Virus record (IMG/VR): IMGVR_UViG_3300027813_002911
Span: 1 to 63,496 of that record
DNA: 63,496 nucleotides
Origin: a virus
Lineage: Duplodnaviria; Caudoviricetes
Direction: 5' to 3' (one strand)
This document shows positions 49,846 through 60,800 of this stretch, one piece after another. The translations under genes and the position numbers were made by a program. How positions within the stretch are numbered: the stretch's first letter is position 1; the number at the start of each line of letters is the position of its first letter. Under the pieces are notes generated by a model, which worked only from the letters and a program-made list of their open reading frames with translations, searched no databases and was not told the DNA's origin.

Positions 49846-50706
49846 TCATAAATCCCGAATATTCAATATATTTTCAGTTAATGCTTTCCACTTTCTATAT
49901 TGATTATAATTTGGTACATCTACTCGTTCAAACATAAATTCTCGATTAGTCAAATCAAGATTGTAATCCCTATCTACAATTGCATCCAACATAATCTTAT
50001 ACTCCTTTGCGAAAGATTCATTTGCAGTAGAAGTACTTACTTGTTTTAATCTTTGTAATACTGAATAATCCCATTTAAAATGATGTACTTGTGTAAAATT
50101 TTTTTTTACTGGATATCTTAGTGGGTGAGTTTTTCCCCACGATGTACTACCATCATCAAATTGTATAAAGTGTTGACCTGGTACTACATTATGTTTACCC
50201 TTTAATAATGTAACCTTATTTGCTTCTGCTTTACTTAATGGGTAACGAAAGAATCCAGCATTTGGCATTTCTTTCCATACATTTGAATGTTCTGTTATCT
50301 TAGAGAACTCACCATCTTCTCCTATTCTATCAAGAAATCCACCAGTTACAAATTCCCAACCATTATCTTCACATTCATCTATAATTTGATATGTTGGTTT
50401 AGAATATAATTGTAATTCATCATCATCTGAAATAAACCACCAGTCATCTGGCTTTAATGATGTGGTTTCATTATAAAGTTCTGTTACTCTATGCCAATTA
50501 AAAGGTTCTTCTATTGCAATCTTATGCGGTTTTAGATTAAACTTTTCTAAAATACTTGTTGCTTCTTCAATGACCGGGTCATTCTTATGGTGTGCGTAAA
50601 TTATTACAAAAATTTCCTTGACATTGTATTGATAATGTGCTAACATATGATGTAACATTATTGTATTATGTCCACAAACTGTCACCAAGTTTTCTATTGG
50701 TTTCAC
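49846..50706 (-). CDS. GT-A (GT2-like) glycosyltransferase
   Basis: WWFISDDDEL, FLDR, GQH, HHFKW. Confidence 0.65.
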   Translation of the reverse strand: MKPIENLVTVCGHNTIMLHHMLAHYQYNVKEIFVIIYAHHKNDPVIEEATSILEKFNLKPHKIAIEEPFNWHRVTELYNETTSLKPDDWWFISDDDELQLYSKPTYQIIDECEDNGWEFVTGGFLDRIGEDGEFSKITEHSNVWKEMPNAGFFRYPLSKAEANKVTLLKGKHNVVPGQHFIQFDDGSTSWGKTHPLRYPVKKNFTQVHHFKWDYSVLQRLKQVSTSTANESFAKEYKIMLDAIVDRDYNLDLTNREFMFERVDVPNYNQYRKWKALTENILNIRDL

Positions 50707-51425
50707 TTCTTCCTCACAATCGTAAGTCCTGTCGAACTTGGTTTATCTTTTATATTTTCGTGATTGAAAAAATTAATCACTTCAAATTTTTTAGTATCAA
50801 TTGTTTTTATAAATTCACTTGGGCCTTTTAAATCATCATTCGCATGTCCATCCAACTCCAAAAGATTATCTATGTAATCTTTATCTGTATCGTGAATTGT
50901 AATGATACCTCCAGTGTTCATAATCTTTGAATATAAATCAAAATCCAATTTTACTCCTTCTAAAGTATGATTGGCATCTATATGTAATAAATCTATCTTT
51001 ATATCTTGTTTTACAAAATAATTGTAATATGCTTCTTCTGTAGTTTCTTTTATAAATTTTGGATGGAATGTAGTACGAAAGAAACTATCCTCTTCTGACC
51101 AATTCACCTCACCATTAAAACCATTACACGCATCCACAATATAAGTACTTCCGTTATCTCCCCATTCCATACTTACTTCTTCATAGAATCCCTCTTCTGA
51201 TAAATCATAGCGTGCTTGAGTCATAACTCGTGGAATATATCCGCCACCACTTCCTAAACAAACTAATGTTTTTAATTTAAAGAAATTAATTAAAGTGTAG
51301 ATGATTAATCCATCACCGAGATGTTTATCACTTGCTCCATGAGACCAACGATAAGGTACATCTTCCCCATCATTAGTAGTAATAAACTCTTTTATATACT
51401 CATAATTTAATATTGTATTTTTCAT
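50703..51425 (-). CDS. Class I SAM-dependent methyltransferase (Methyltransf_24-like)
   Basis: CLGSGGG, IDLLHIDANH, GGIITIHD. Confidence 0.75.
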   Translation of the reverse strand: MKNTILNYEYIKEFITTNDGEDVPYRWSHGASDKHLGDGLIIYTLINFFKLKTLVCLGSGGGYIPRVMTQARYDLSEEGFYEEVSMEWGDNGSTYIVDACNGFNGEVNWSEEDSFFRTTFHPKFIKETTEEAYYNYFVKQDIKIDLLHIDANHTLEGVKLDFDLYSKIMNTGGIITIHDTDKDYIDNLLELDGHANDDLKGPSEFIKTIDTKKFEVINFFNHENIKDKPSSTGLTIVRKK

Positions 51426-51435
51426 AACCTTTTAA

Positions 51436-51443
51436 ATAAATAT
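51436..51443 (-). promoter_or_regulatory. ATATTTAT motif, putative late promoter element
   Basis: Intergenic, at the head of the glycan island. Confidence 0.5.
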
Positions 51444-51468
51444 CACCCAAAATAACCAAAATCAAATA

Positions 51469-52521
51469 TTATGCAAATGGGTCGTCGTTACTTCCTTTGT
51501 TATGTACTAAGAATGTTCTACCAAAATATACATCCAATGGTTCTACATCAATCTGAACTACTTCAAATCCTTCTTCACTTACCACATTTTCTAATTGAGT
51601 TATCAAAACCTCTTCCCCATTTTTATCCATTAAATTTCCACCAACTAACATATTTGGAGCTAAGTTCCACATCCAAGTATTTTCTCCTACTGGTTTGTAT
51701 AACATCTCATGGTCACCTGTAATTGTTTCTTCACCATTATTTATATTCCAATAGTTCTGTACAAAATCAAAATTGATATCTTGAACACTTGCGGAGTGTT
51801 GTGTGAATGTTTCTGTTTTTTCATCAGCAAATCTACAACCTCGCCATTCTTCATTATCTTCATCTAACTGACCTGGCATATTCATTGACATTATCCAATC
51901 ACCAATAATTAAATCTTCCACTTTCTTTGTAGTACCATCTGCCATATCAATTGGTGTTCCCTCTAATAAACAACTTGGGTCACTACCACCATATGAATCT
52001 ACAATAGTAATAGCTTTTGTTCGTGCAGTATTATAATTTGTTGCGTGGTCATTATATCCATCTGATTGACCATCTTCGTGAAACGTTGCACTTAGTGTTC
52101 TACTGAGATTATTTGTTCCTGCTGGAAAGAAATCACTATCATCACCCGTACCAGTATTTGCGTTTGATATTGCAGCTGCTGCTACCGAGCCAGTTGCTCC
52201 GTTGTTTGTAATTGTTGCTCCTGCTGCATTTATACTCCAAGTAAAATTACCAGCAACCTTTGCTACCTTAGTATCGAATCGTGTACCTCTATTAGAAAAG
52301 GTTAGTAAATAATCTTCTGAAGTTTGTTCCCATAAGTATGCATATCCTGTCATACTATCTACTGCTGAGATAGAGAAATCAGAAAAATTAATGTTTGAGT
52401 TTACCGCTCTCGTTCCTGCTGCCTGACCTAATGAAGTTTCGGTTGTATAATTAGAACGAGAACCACTTACGGCTCTTCCTAACTTTCCTAATGATAAGTT
52501 TTGTTTTGTTGCTGTACTCAT
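51469..52521 (-). CDS. Virion-type protein with C-terminal Hint (intein-like) domain
   Basis: CLLEGTPIDMADG (block A), TGDH (block B), LVHN (block G), then KGSNDDPFA; start moved to ATG 52521. Confidence 0.8.
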   Translation of the reverse strand: MSTATKQNLSLGKLGRAVSGSRSNYTTETSLGQAAGTRAVNSNINFSDFSISAVDSMTGYAYLWEQTSEDYLLTFSNRGTRFDTKVAKVAGNFTWSINAAGATITNNGATGSVAAAAISNANTGTGDDSDFFPAGTNNLSRTLSATFHEDGQSDGYNDHATNYNTARTKAITIVDSYGGSDPSCLLEGTPIDMADGTTKKVEDLIIGDWIMSMNMPGQLDEDNEEWRGCRFADEKTETFTQHSASVQDINFDFVQNYWNINNGEETITGDHEMLYKPVGENTWMWNLAPNMLVGGNLMDKNGEEVLITQLENVVSEEGFEVVQIDVEPLDVYFGRTFLVHNKGSNDDPFA

Positions 52522-52525
52522 ACTA

Positions 52526-52533
52526 ATAAATAT
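52526..52533 (-). promoter_or_regulatory. ATATTTAT motif, putative late promoter element
   Basis: Intergenic, 4 nt before ATG 52521. Confidence 0.45.
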
Positions 52534-53657
52534 CAATCGTTGTATATTCTTAACATTTTTTCTTTCCATACTTCTTTATCACCATAGTTTTCCTTTAAAT
52601 ACTCCCTTAATGGAAATACATAATCTCTTCTATCATCTAATGATAATTTACATATCTTTTCATATTGTTCACGAAACTCTTCTGGCGATGATGCTCTAAA
52701 AGGGTAATCATAATCTGGCAACCAATCGTGTGCTAATATTGGTATCTTTCCAAAATCAAGTGCTTGAAATATACTATACCCAAATGGTTCGTATATATGA
52801 GCTGAATGAGAAATTCCCCAATCTCGTTTATAAAACTTTTCTACAAATGGTGGATTATATTTATAAGTTTTCCAAGTAGATGTATCAAGATTCAAATTTC
52901 TTTTCCACCAACTCAACCCACTTCTACCTGTAAATAAAACTGCATCAAGACCTTCCATAAAATGTGGACTTTTTCGGGTTTCCATTCTTGCAGCATATCC
53001 AATTTTATTACTATCATTTACATCAAGGTTATGTTTAAATTCATAAAAGTTTGGTATATGTGTATTTGGATGTTTTAATTCTTTTTCTGTAACTCCTATC
53101 CAAACACTATGTTTTGCTTTTTCTGATAAGGTATCTTCCCAACTCTCTTCGCAATATGTGTGATACGATTTATCTAAATTCAACACCATTGTTGATTTTA
53201 AAATATCTTTAATTGAAACATGCACTATGTTACTATGAATCTTCTCTATGTTATCAATAATATATTTATGTGGTGAATAGTATCCGTGTAGAATATTTAT
53301 TCTTCTTGCACCTTGTAATAAATCTTTAAATTTAGTACTATCATCCCCTTGCCAATAATGTTCTAAATCTTCCTTTAATATATCTAAGTAATTCTTTTCA
53401 ATTTTTTTATGTGTAACTCTGCCCACATTTCCACCTCTATTAGCTTTTACACTATTCTCAAACATTTTCTGTTTCTCGTGTTGTACCTCTACTGATGTTT
53501 TACCAGGTGGTCTTGTTCTGTGTATTAATAATCTTGGTTTTACTTTTAAGTGTGGTGCTATATTTTCAATCCAATAATTTACCCAAACATCTGCTCCACC
53601 ACCAACTAAACTACCACCACCAGTAGAGTAATATACATCGTAAATTTCTTTACTCAT
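52533..53657 (-). CDS. GT-B (GT4-like) glycosyltransferase
   Basis: GGGAD, IPNF, ARMETRK, EPFGYSIFQALDFGKIPI. Confidence 0.7.
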   Translation of the reverse strand: MSKEIYDVYYSTGGGSLVGGGADVWVNYWIENIAPHLKVKPRLLIHRTRPPGKTSVEVQHEKQKMFENSVKANRGGNVGRVTHKKIEKNYLDILKEDLEHYWQGDDSTKFKDLLQGARRINILHGYYSPHKYIIDNIEKIHSNIVHVSIKDILKSTMVLNLDKSYHTYCEESWEDTLSEKAKHSVWIGVTEKELKHPNTHIPNFYEFKHNLDVNDSNKIGYAARMETRKSPHFMEGLDAVLFTGRSGLSWWKRNLNLDTSTWKTYKYNPPFVEKFYKRDWGISHSAHIYEPFGYSIFQALDFGKIPILAHDWLPDYDYPFRASSPEEFREQYEKICKLSLDDRRDYVFPLREYLKENYGDKEVWKEKMLRIYND

Positions 53658-54817
53658 TACTCACCCTTTCCGTTATGCATAATAAATGTATTATCACCAA
53701 TACGAGCAATACCAGTATCTACATCTTCCGCATTAAATATACACATTTGCTCTTCTTCTTGAATTGTTACGATTGAAGTTATATCAAGATACTCTTTCGT
53801 TGAAGTAACTAACTTATCATCAGTAGTGATATCACTTGCTCGTTTAAATTTTATAATAGAGGCGTGATGTATATCATCATAAGAATAAACTAAAAATGGA
53901 TGAGTACCAGTAACTTCAATTATACCACCATTTGAATCTGTAATTCTCTTATGGTCGTAATAATAATCTATTTGTGTTCCAAGTATGGTTGAAGTGGTTG
54001 ATTCCATTTCATTAATATCAGTACTATAAAAAAATTCATAATCCCCAAACATATCACCATCTGGTAAATGTGGAAAATTAATACTTTTTATCACATCATT
54101 AATTTGTATAGTTTCAATTCTTTTCCAACTTCCATCTGCCATTAATATTTCCGTACCTATTTTTAAACAACCACCACCACCACCACCACCACTTGATGTA
54201 CCACTTTCAGTTATACTAAAGGTTGATGCGAGAGTAGTACCATAATTAGATGCACTTATATTAAAGTCATCTGTACAATTAAATGTTGCTTGAAAGGTTT
54301 GATTTCCATCATCCGCACCATCATCTGGTGTTGCATAACTAGCAGTAAAATTACCAGTCGTGTTAATATTAATATCAGTAGCATCTGCAGTAAAACCAGT
54401 TCCAGTATTTTCTACCCATGTCCAATAACTTCCATCTCCACCGACTGTTGCTTTATCGTGTGCACTTCCACTCCAGAATTGTCCACAATTTTGAGCTCTT
54501 GCCCACAATATTCCAGTCCCATTCTCTGCTACATATGATGCACCAGTCGTGTTTGTAACTCCACCTGCTGCATTAGCTGTTGGATTTAGAAATTTATCAA
54601 CACCCCAATCACCTAATCCTATTCCACCTGCTGCACCACCATCTGAACCAATATATTTTGTTGAAGATGTTGCGTGTGTTGTACCACAAAATCTTTTTAC
54701 TATAGCTCCCAAACTTACATTACCAGCAGTAACTACTGCTGCCTCTGAAGAAGAGTATCCTAAAGAATGTGCAAGTGCTTGTATTGTTAAGTTTGAGCCT
54801 GTTGGTTCTACGGCCAT
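53657..54817 (-). CDS. Virion-type protein with Gly7 linker and C-terminal Hint (intein-like) domain
   Basis: SSGGGGGGG-CLKIGTEILMADG, TGTHPF, IMHN, then GKGE. Confidence 0.8.
   Translation of the reverse strand: MAVEPTGSNLTIQALAHSLGYSSSEAAVVTAGNVSLGAIVKRFCGTTHATSSTKYIGSDGGAAGGIGLGDWGVDKFLNPTANAAGGVTNTTGASYVAENGTGILWARAQNCGQFWSGSAHDKATVGGDGSYWTWVENTGTGFTADATDININTTGNFTASYATPDDGADDGNQTFQATFNCTDDFNISASNYGTTLASTFSITESGTSSGGGGGGGCLKIGTEILMADGSWKRIETIQINDVIKSINFPHLPDGDMFGDYEFFYSTDINEMESTTSTILGTQIDYYYDHKRITDSNGGIIEVTGTHPFLVYSYDDIHHASIIKFKRASDITTDDKLVTSTKEYLDITSIVTIQEEEQMCIFNAEDVDTGIARIGDNTFIMHNGKGE
54170..54190. repeat. (ACC)7 triplet repeat encoding the Gly7 linker before the Hint Cys
   Basis: Read directly. 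Confidence 0.85.
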
Positions 54818-57800
54818 TACTTATCCTCTGTTAATTTTTTTACCAATTCTTTTAATTCATCAATTTGTTTTTGTTGTTCTTTTACTGCACTTACCAACAC
54901 TGGTACAATTTTTTCATAATGTACACCGAGATATTCTTCTCCATTATCTGATGATTTAACTTTACCAATAACTTCTGGTAAAATTGTTTGTAGTTCTTGT
55001 GCAATAAATCCTAAATCATAACCTGAATTATCTTTATAGTTTTGTAACCCCCAACCAAACATAATACCATCATCATTCCATCTAAAATTGACAGGATTCA
55101 TTTTTTGTATTAGTTCTAAACCATTACCAATTGATACAATATCTTCTTTTAATCTTTCATCAGAAGTAACATAAGCAACAACATTACCAGTAGCACCAAT
55201 ATCACCATCTACATATGCGGTATAATTATTATTTGCATGTATATTACTATCACCAACAACCAACCCACCCTCAATTGCTAATTTACCACCATTATCGAAG
55301 TTTGGGGGAGTTTCGATAACCATATTTCCAATGATTTTATTTTGAGAACCAAACCTAGCTTCAGAATATGGGCCTGCATAAGTTTGAAACCCTTTATTCA
55401 TTATCATACTCTTAGTTATATATCCATAAGCAAGGACTGTATTGGTTGCAGTACCACTTGTTCCTGCATTACCACCCATTTCCCATAGTGGGTCGGTCAC
55501 TGCTCCACCTATTTGTTCTATAGATGTAAGTGTCATTTTTGCAAAGAAGTATTGTTTTGTAATAAGTGCTCTCACAGCAGCTAGAGTATATTGAGTATCC
55601 CAACTATAGGTTACATTATTAACCAATATAGTCTCAACGAGTTCTTCACCCGATACCATTGACAGTATATCATTTTGATAAATTTCAAATTTAAGACTTA
55701 CTCTGACAGTACTACCACCACCACTTAATTTTGAAAACTTTACATTTTGGTTTGAAAATGCAAGTAAAGTAGAACCTACATTGGTATTATTAATATTAAA
55801 AAGTTTTGTACTTACACTTGTATTATATCCAGTAGTATCAAAATATGCAACATCTCCAACATCTGGATGTTGTTGACCTTCATTAGCTTGACTTGTTAAA
55901 TTAAGGACTGTTACATAATCTACATTATTTGTATAATCAGTAGCTGAGTCATAGTAAGAACCAGTCGATGACATTCTAAGAGTGTATGGTACAGCACTTG
56001 CAAGACCATCCAAAGCAGGTCGTTGCATAATAATACCTGGATTATTTTCTTGGAAATTAGTTAATATTTGTACATTGTATGAAGCGTTAGTACCAAAAGC
56101 TTTGTAATCACCATCTGCAGCTAATTGTATATGACCAGTTCCACTTGTACCTACACCAATACCATCTGTTCCGAGATAAACACCAGTACCAGTATTTGTT
56201 AATGCAGTTTTACCATTATAAATTGCTGTAGGATTAATCGTAAATCCTGCAGCTGCATTACCGATAAATCCACTTGTAGCAGTTATTGAACCACTCATTG
56301 TTAATGCACCACCAGCTGTAATACTTATACCAGAAGCTCCTGTCGTCCCTATAGTAAGATTACCACTCGTATCTACTCTAAGTGCAGATTTTGTAGCAGA
56401 GTGTGCTCCAACTCTCATATTTGCACCATAATGTGCAACTCCAGTAGTTGGGTCAGCTTCAGTCCCATCATTAAAAATAGTCATTCCAGCGTCTGACATT
56501 ACTGCTTTTGTATTTACATCATCTCCGTAGGCAATAAATCCAGCATCTATCGCTTCAGCTTTCTTTACATTATTGGTATAAATTTCTAAACCAGTTGCAG
56601 TAACCTCTACCCTATCATTTGCACTCGCACCGAATATAGTAGATTTAATAGAAGTAAATGTAGAACCAGTCACATCATTATCAACTAATGTTAATCCACC
56701 CGCGTTGAATAATCCATATGTTGTTGAACCATCGCCAAATATTTTTGCACCAGTCGTATCATAAGTAGCTCTTGTAGTGTTTGTACCACCTACATCCGTA
56801 ATAAAATTAACAGCAGTGGAAGTAAAAGTAGCAAAAGAAGAATCATTAACATCTGCACCAATTCTAACATCAGAACCAAAGTTAGCCATATCTACCGAAT
56901 CTTCTACTATGGTTAAACCTGATGAGTTTACTTGAGCATATGTGTTTACATCATCCCCATAAGCTATAAATCCTGTATCTTTTGCTTCTGCTTTCTTTAC
57001 ATTCGCAGTGTAGATTTCTAAACCATCTGCATTTACAACAACTCTATCGTTTGAACTTGCACCAAATATTGTGGATGTTGTGGAAGTAAATACTGAACCT
57101 GTTACATTATTATCAACTAAAGTTAATCCACCCGAATTAAGTAGTGCGAATGTTGTTGAACCATCACCAAACAATTTAGCACCAGTCGTATCAAAGGTTG
57201 CTCTTGTAGTGTTTGTACCACTCACATCAGTTATAAAATTAATAGCAGTAGAAGTAAGAGAAACGAAAGAAGAATTATTTACATCCGCACCAATTCTAAC
57301 TGAACTACCAAATGTAGCTACATCTACTGAATCTTCAAATACAGTCAAGCCAGATGAGTTTACTTGAGCGTATGTATTTACATCATCTCCGTATGCAATA
57401 AATCCTGTATCTTTTGCTTCCGCTTTCTTTACATTTGCGGTATATATTTCTAAACCATCTGCATTTACAACAACTCTATCATTTGTACTTGCTCCGTAAA
57501 TAATAGCATTTGTAGAATTGAATACTGAACCTGTTACATTATTATCAACTAATGTTACACCACCTGAATTAAATAATCCATATGTTGTTGAACCATCACC
57601 AATAATTTTAGTACCAGCACCACTAATATTTACCTTTTCGTTTCCACCCTCAGTTATTACAATACCATCAGAAGTAATAGTAATCTTATCATCATTACTA
57701 TTATTTCCACGAAGTGTAACAGTCGTTCCAAATGATGCTGCAGCAGTAGCACTACCCGCATATATATCCATCGTGGATGAATTTACATTTATGTAATTAT

Positions 57801-60800
57801 TTGAATCATAATAAGCCTTGAATCCATCTGAATCAATCGTTACTTTTCTATCCGTACCATTGTTTCCATAAAGATTAATTGTACCATTTGTGAATGTACC
57901 TTGTGTAACTCCATTATCTACAATTGTTAATCCATTTGAATCTACTCGTGTAAATGTGTTTTGTGTATCACCTCTAAATAATGAACCTGTACTACTGATT
58001 ACAACTTTTTCTGCACCAGCACCAAAGAAACTCATTACTCCGTTGGTTAATAAACTACCCGTTACACTTCCACTAACTTGTGTTAATCCTTTACCACCAA
58101 CCTCTATATATGTATTAGAATTTACACCATCAAATATTTTTGATGTTGCCCCATAACTTGCTAATGTTTTACTTGCATCAGCATTCTTTAAACTCATACC
58201 AGCAGAATCCAACACAACTTGTGTTGCAAAACTTAAATCTTGTGAAGCAGATGCTGGTGGATATGAACCACTAATTGTATCACCATCGATACCAGCTAAA
58301 TCTCCACTAATAATATTAATCGTACCCGCAACAGTCAAAGTACTTCCATCATACTTGACATGATTATCACTTGAGTTACCAAGTAATAACTTACCAGTAC
58401 CATCTACATAAAAACCATCACCATTATTATATGCGGTTGGAAGTGTTGTACCCAATGCGATTATTGGTGTACTTGCACTTGATTCCATTTTAATTTTATT
58501 TGTACCTGTGGTTAAGATACTTAAATCACTTGCTTTAATTCCAAGTTTACCATTATCAAATTTTATATATTCGTTTGCTCCTGCTTTAGCGATAAAATCT
58601 CCATCACCCTCTGCATAAAATCCTTTGTTACTTCCACCTGTATCTGTAACACTTCCAACTCCACCAATTTTTAAACTACCATTAGTACTTGAACCCTCTA
58701 TAACGATTTTACCATTTGCAAATGATGCGGATTTCTGTGTACTTGATAATTGTAAATCTCCACTATTTGCATCCAATGAGAATACAGTCGATTGAATATC
58801 TACATTATCTGATTTAATTTGTAATGAACCACCATCAACAATCATAAAGTTATTCGCATCTCCGAATACTCTGAAGTGTCCACCACCATCCATAAATACA
58901 CCTTGACCACTTGTATCACTATCACTCGTGATTGTACCTAATGAGATTTTGTTAGTTGCGGCTGTACCACTTCTACCAGATATTGTTAATCCTTCAGTTA
59001 CTATTTCTAATGAATCTGTTTTTAAATCAAATCCACTTGAAGCATCATATGTAAAATATTCATCTGAATCTTTATAAATTCTAAATTCGTGATTTCCATC
59101 ATCACTACCAATTAAAATACCAGCAGTAGTTTCACTACCAAACGCGATGTTACCAATTGATAAGTAACTATCCGTTGAAGTACTTGATAATTTCATTCTT
59201 GGTGCTGCTTTACTTCCAAACCCAATAGTAGATGTTGCACCACCTTTAATATTTATACCACCAGCTATATTATCATCATACCCAACACTCATTGATGCTT
59301 GACCTGATGAGATTTCTACATTTGCTGCTTCTAACTCAAATGTATTAACATCGATAGTTACACCATCACCACTTAAATTAGCTTGTGATGCGGTTATATG
59401 TAGATTACTTCCATCAAACTTTAATGCACTTGTACCATCACCGACATGAAATTTAGCAGTACCTGCTTCATTTGACATATAGAATCCAGCATTTAAATCA
59501 TTGATTCCTTTCTTACCACTTTTCAATATACCAGCATTTGAACTACCAGTCATTTGAATGTTTTGTATCGTGTGTTGTCCAACTTTTAATTTTGTTAGAT
59601 TGTTAGTTTGGTCACCGATAACTTCAAAAGAACCATCCCCAAGACTCATTGATTTATGTAGTGAAGAAATTTGTAAATCACCCTCACCCGCGTCAAGTTC
59701 AAATTTAGAAGAAGTTATGTGTAATTGATTATCATCAAATTTAATTGCACTTGTACCATCACCGATATGAAACTCTGCATCAGTATTGTTATTTGCTAAC
59801 CAGAATCCCTCAGTTAAATCTGCTGCAGATGCTTTACCACTTCTTATAACACCTTGTGAATTACTACCTGTTATCTGAATTGCTTTTGATGAATCACTAC
59901 CAAATTGTCCAAACCCTACTCCACTACTTTTCTGTCCAAATATAACTGCTCCATCTGCCAAGGACATTGATTTGTGTGTAGATGATATCTGTAAATCACC
60001 CTCATTAGCATCAAGTTCGTAAGATTGTATCTTTTGTGTTAAAGTACCCCCATCATACTTTAAGAAATTACCAGCATCACCAATATGAAATTCGGTATCC
60101 GTATTGTTATTTGCTATCCAAAATCCAGCAGTTGTGGATGTTGCTGATGTTTTACCTGATGCGATGTATCCTTGAGTATCACTACCCTTGATTGTAATCT
60201 GTTTACTTGTAGTTCCACCGACTGTAATTGAAGCATCACTTCCTTCTTTCTTTAGTAATAAATCACCATCTGCAAATGACATAGATTTGTGTGTTGATGA
60301 TAATTCAAAATCTGTACCTACATTTATATCAAGTGATTTTGGATTTAAGGATATATTTCCACTTGAATCGTTAGAAATATTATAAGTACTTCCACCAACT
60401 TTCCAAGCACCAGTCGTGTACCAATAGTTATTATCATTTATGTGTAAACCATCGTTAGTACCACTTATATCAACACCTAAAATTAATCTTTCTGAATCAC
60501 TTGTGTTTACAAATAACTGACCTGTAATCGAACCAGTAGTTGCAGTTATACCCCCACTAAAGAAACCATTCTCGGTGAAGATACCAAATCCAGGTGAAGT
60601 GTTTCCAAACAATAATCCACTACTTATTCCACTTAAATCACCTAACCTAACTTTTAAATCTACATCATATATTCCACTACCCGTTCTCTCAACAATATCC
60701 ATATAAGGTGTGGTTTCATCATTTGGATTTGCGTTTAATCTGATATAACCTGTGTTAAGTTTACCAGTCGATACGATTACTTGTGAACCACTATACGATT

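Noticed and set aside
18000-51425. Glycan island as host chromosomal capsule DNA
   Set aside because: It has the same strand, packing and intergenic motif as the flanking virion genes, and no flippase, polymerase or export genes were seen.
51499-54169. Hint domains as mobile inteins
   Set aside because: No endonuclease, no nucleophilic +1 residue, and almost no C-extein.
56510-57600. Tandem repeats as a CRISPR array or diversity-generating retroelement
   Set aside because: The repeats are long, in-frame coding units with no spacers, and no reverse transcriptase or cas gene is in the window.
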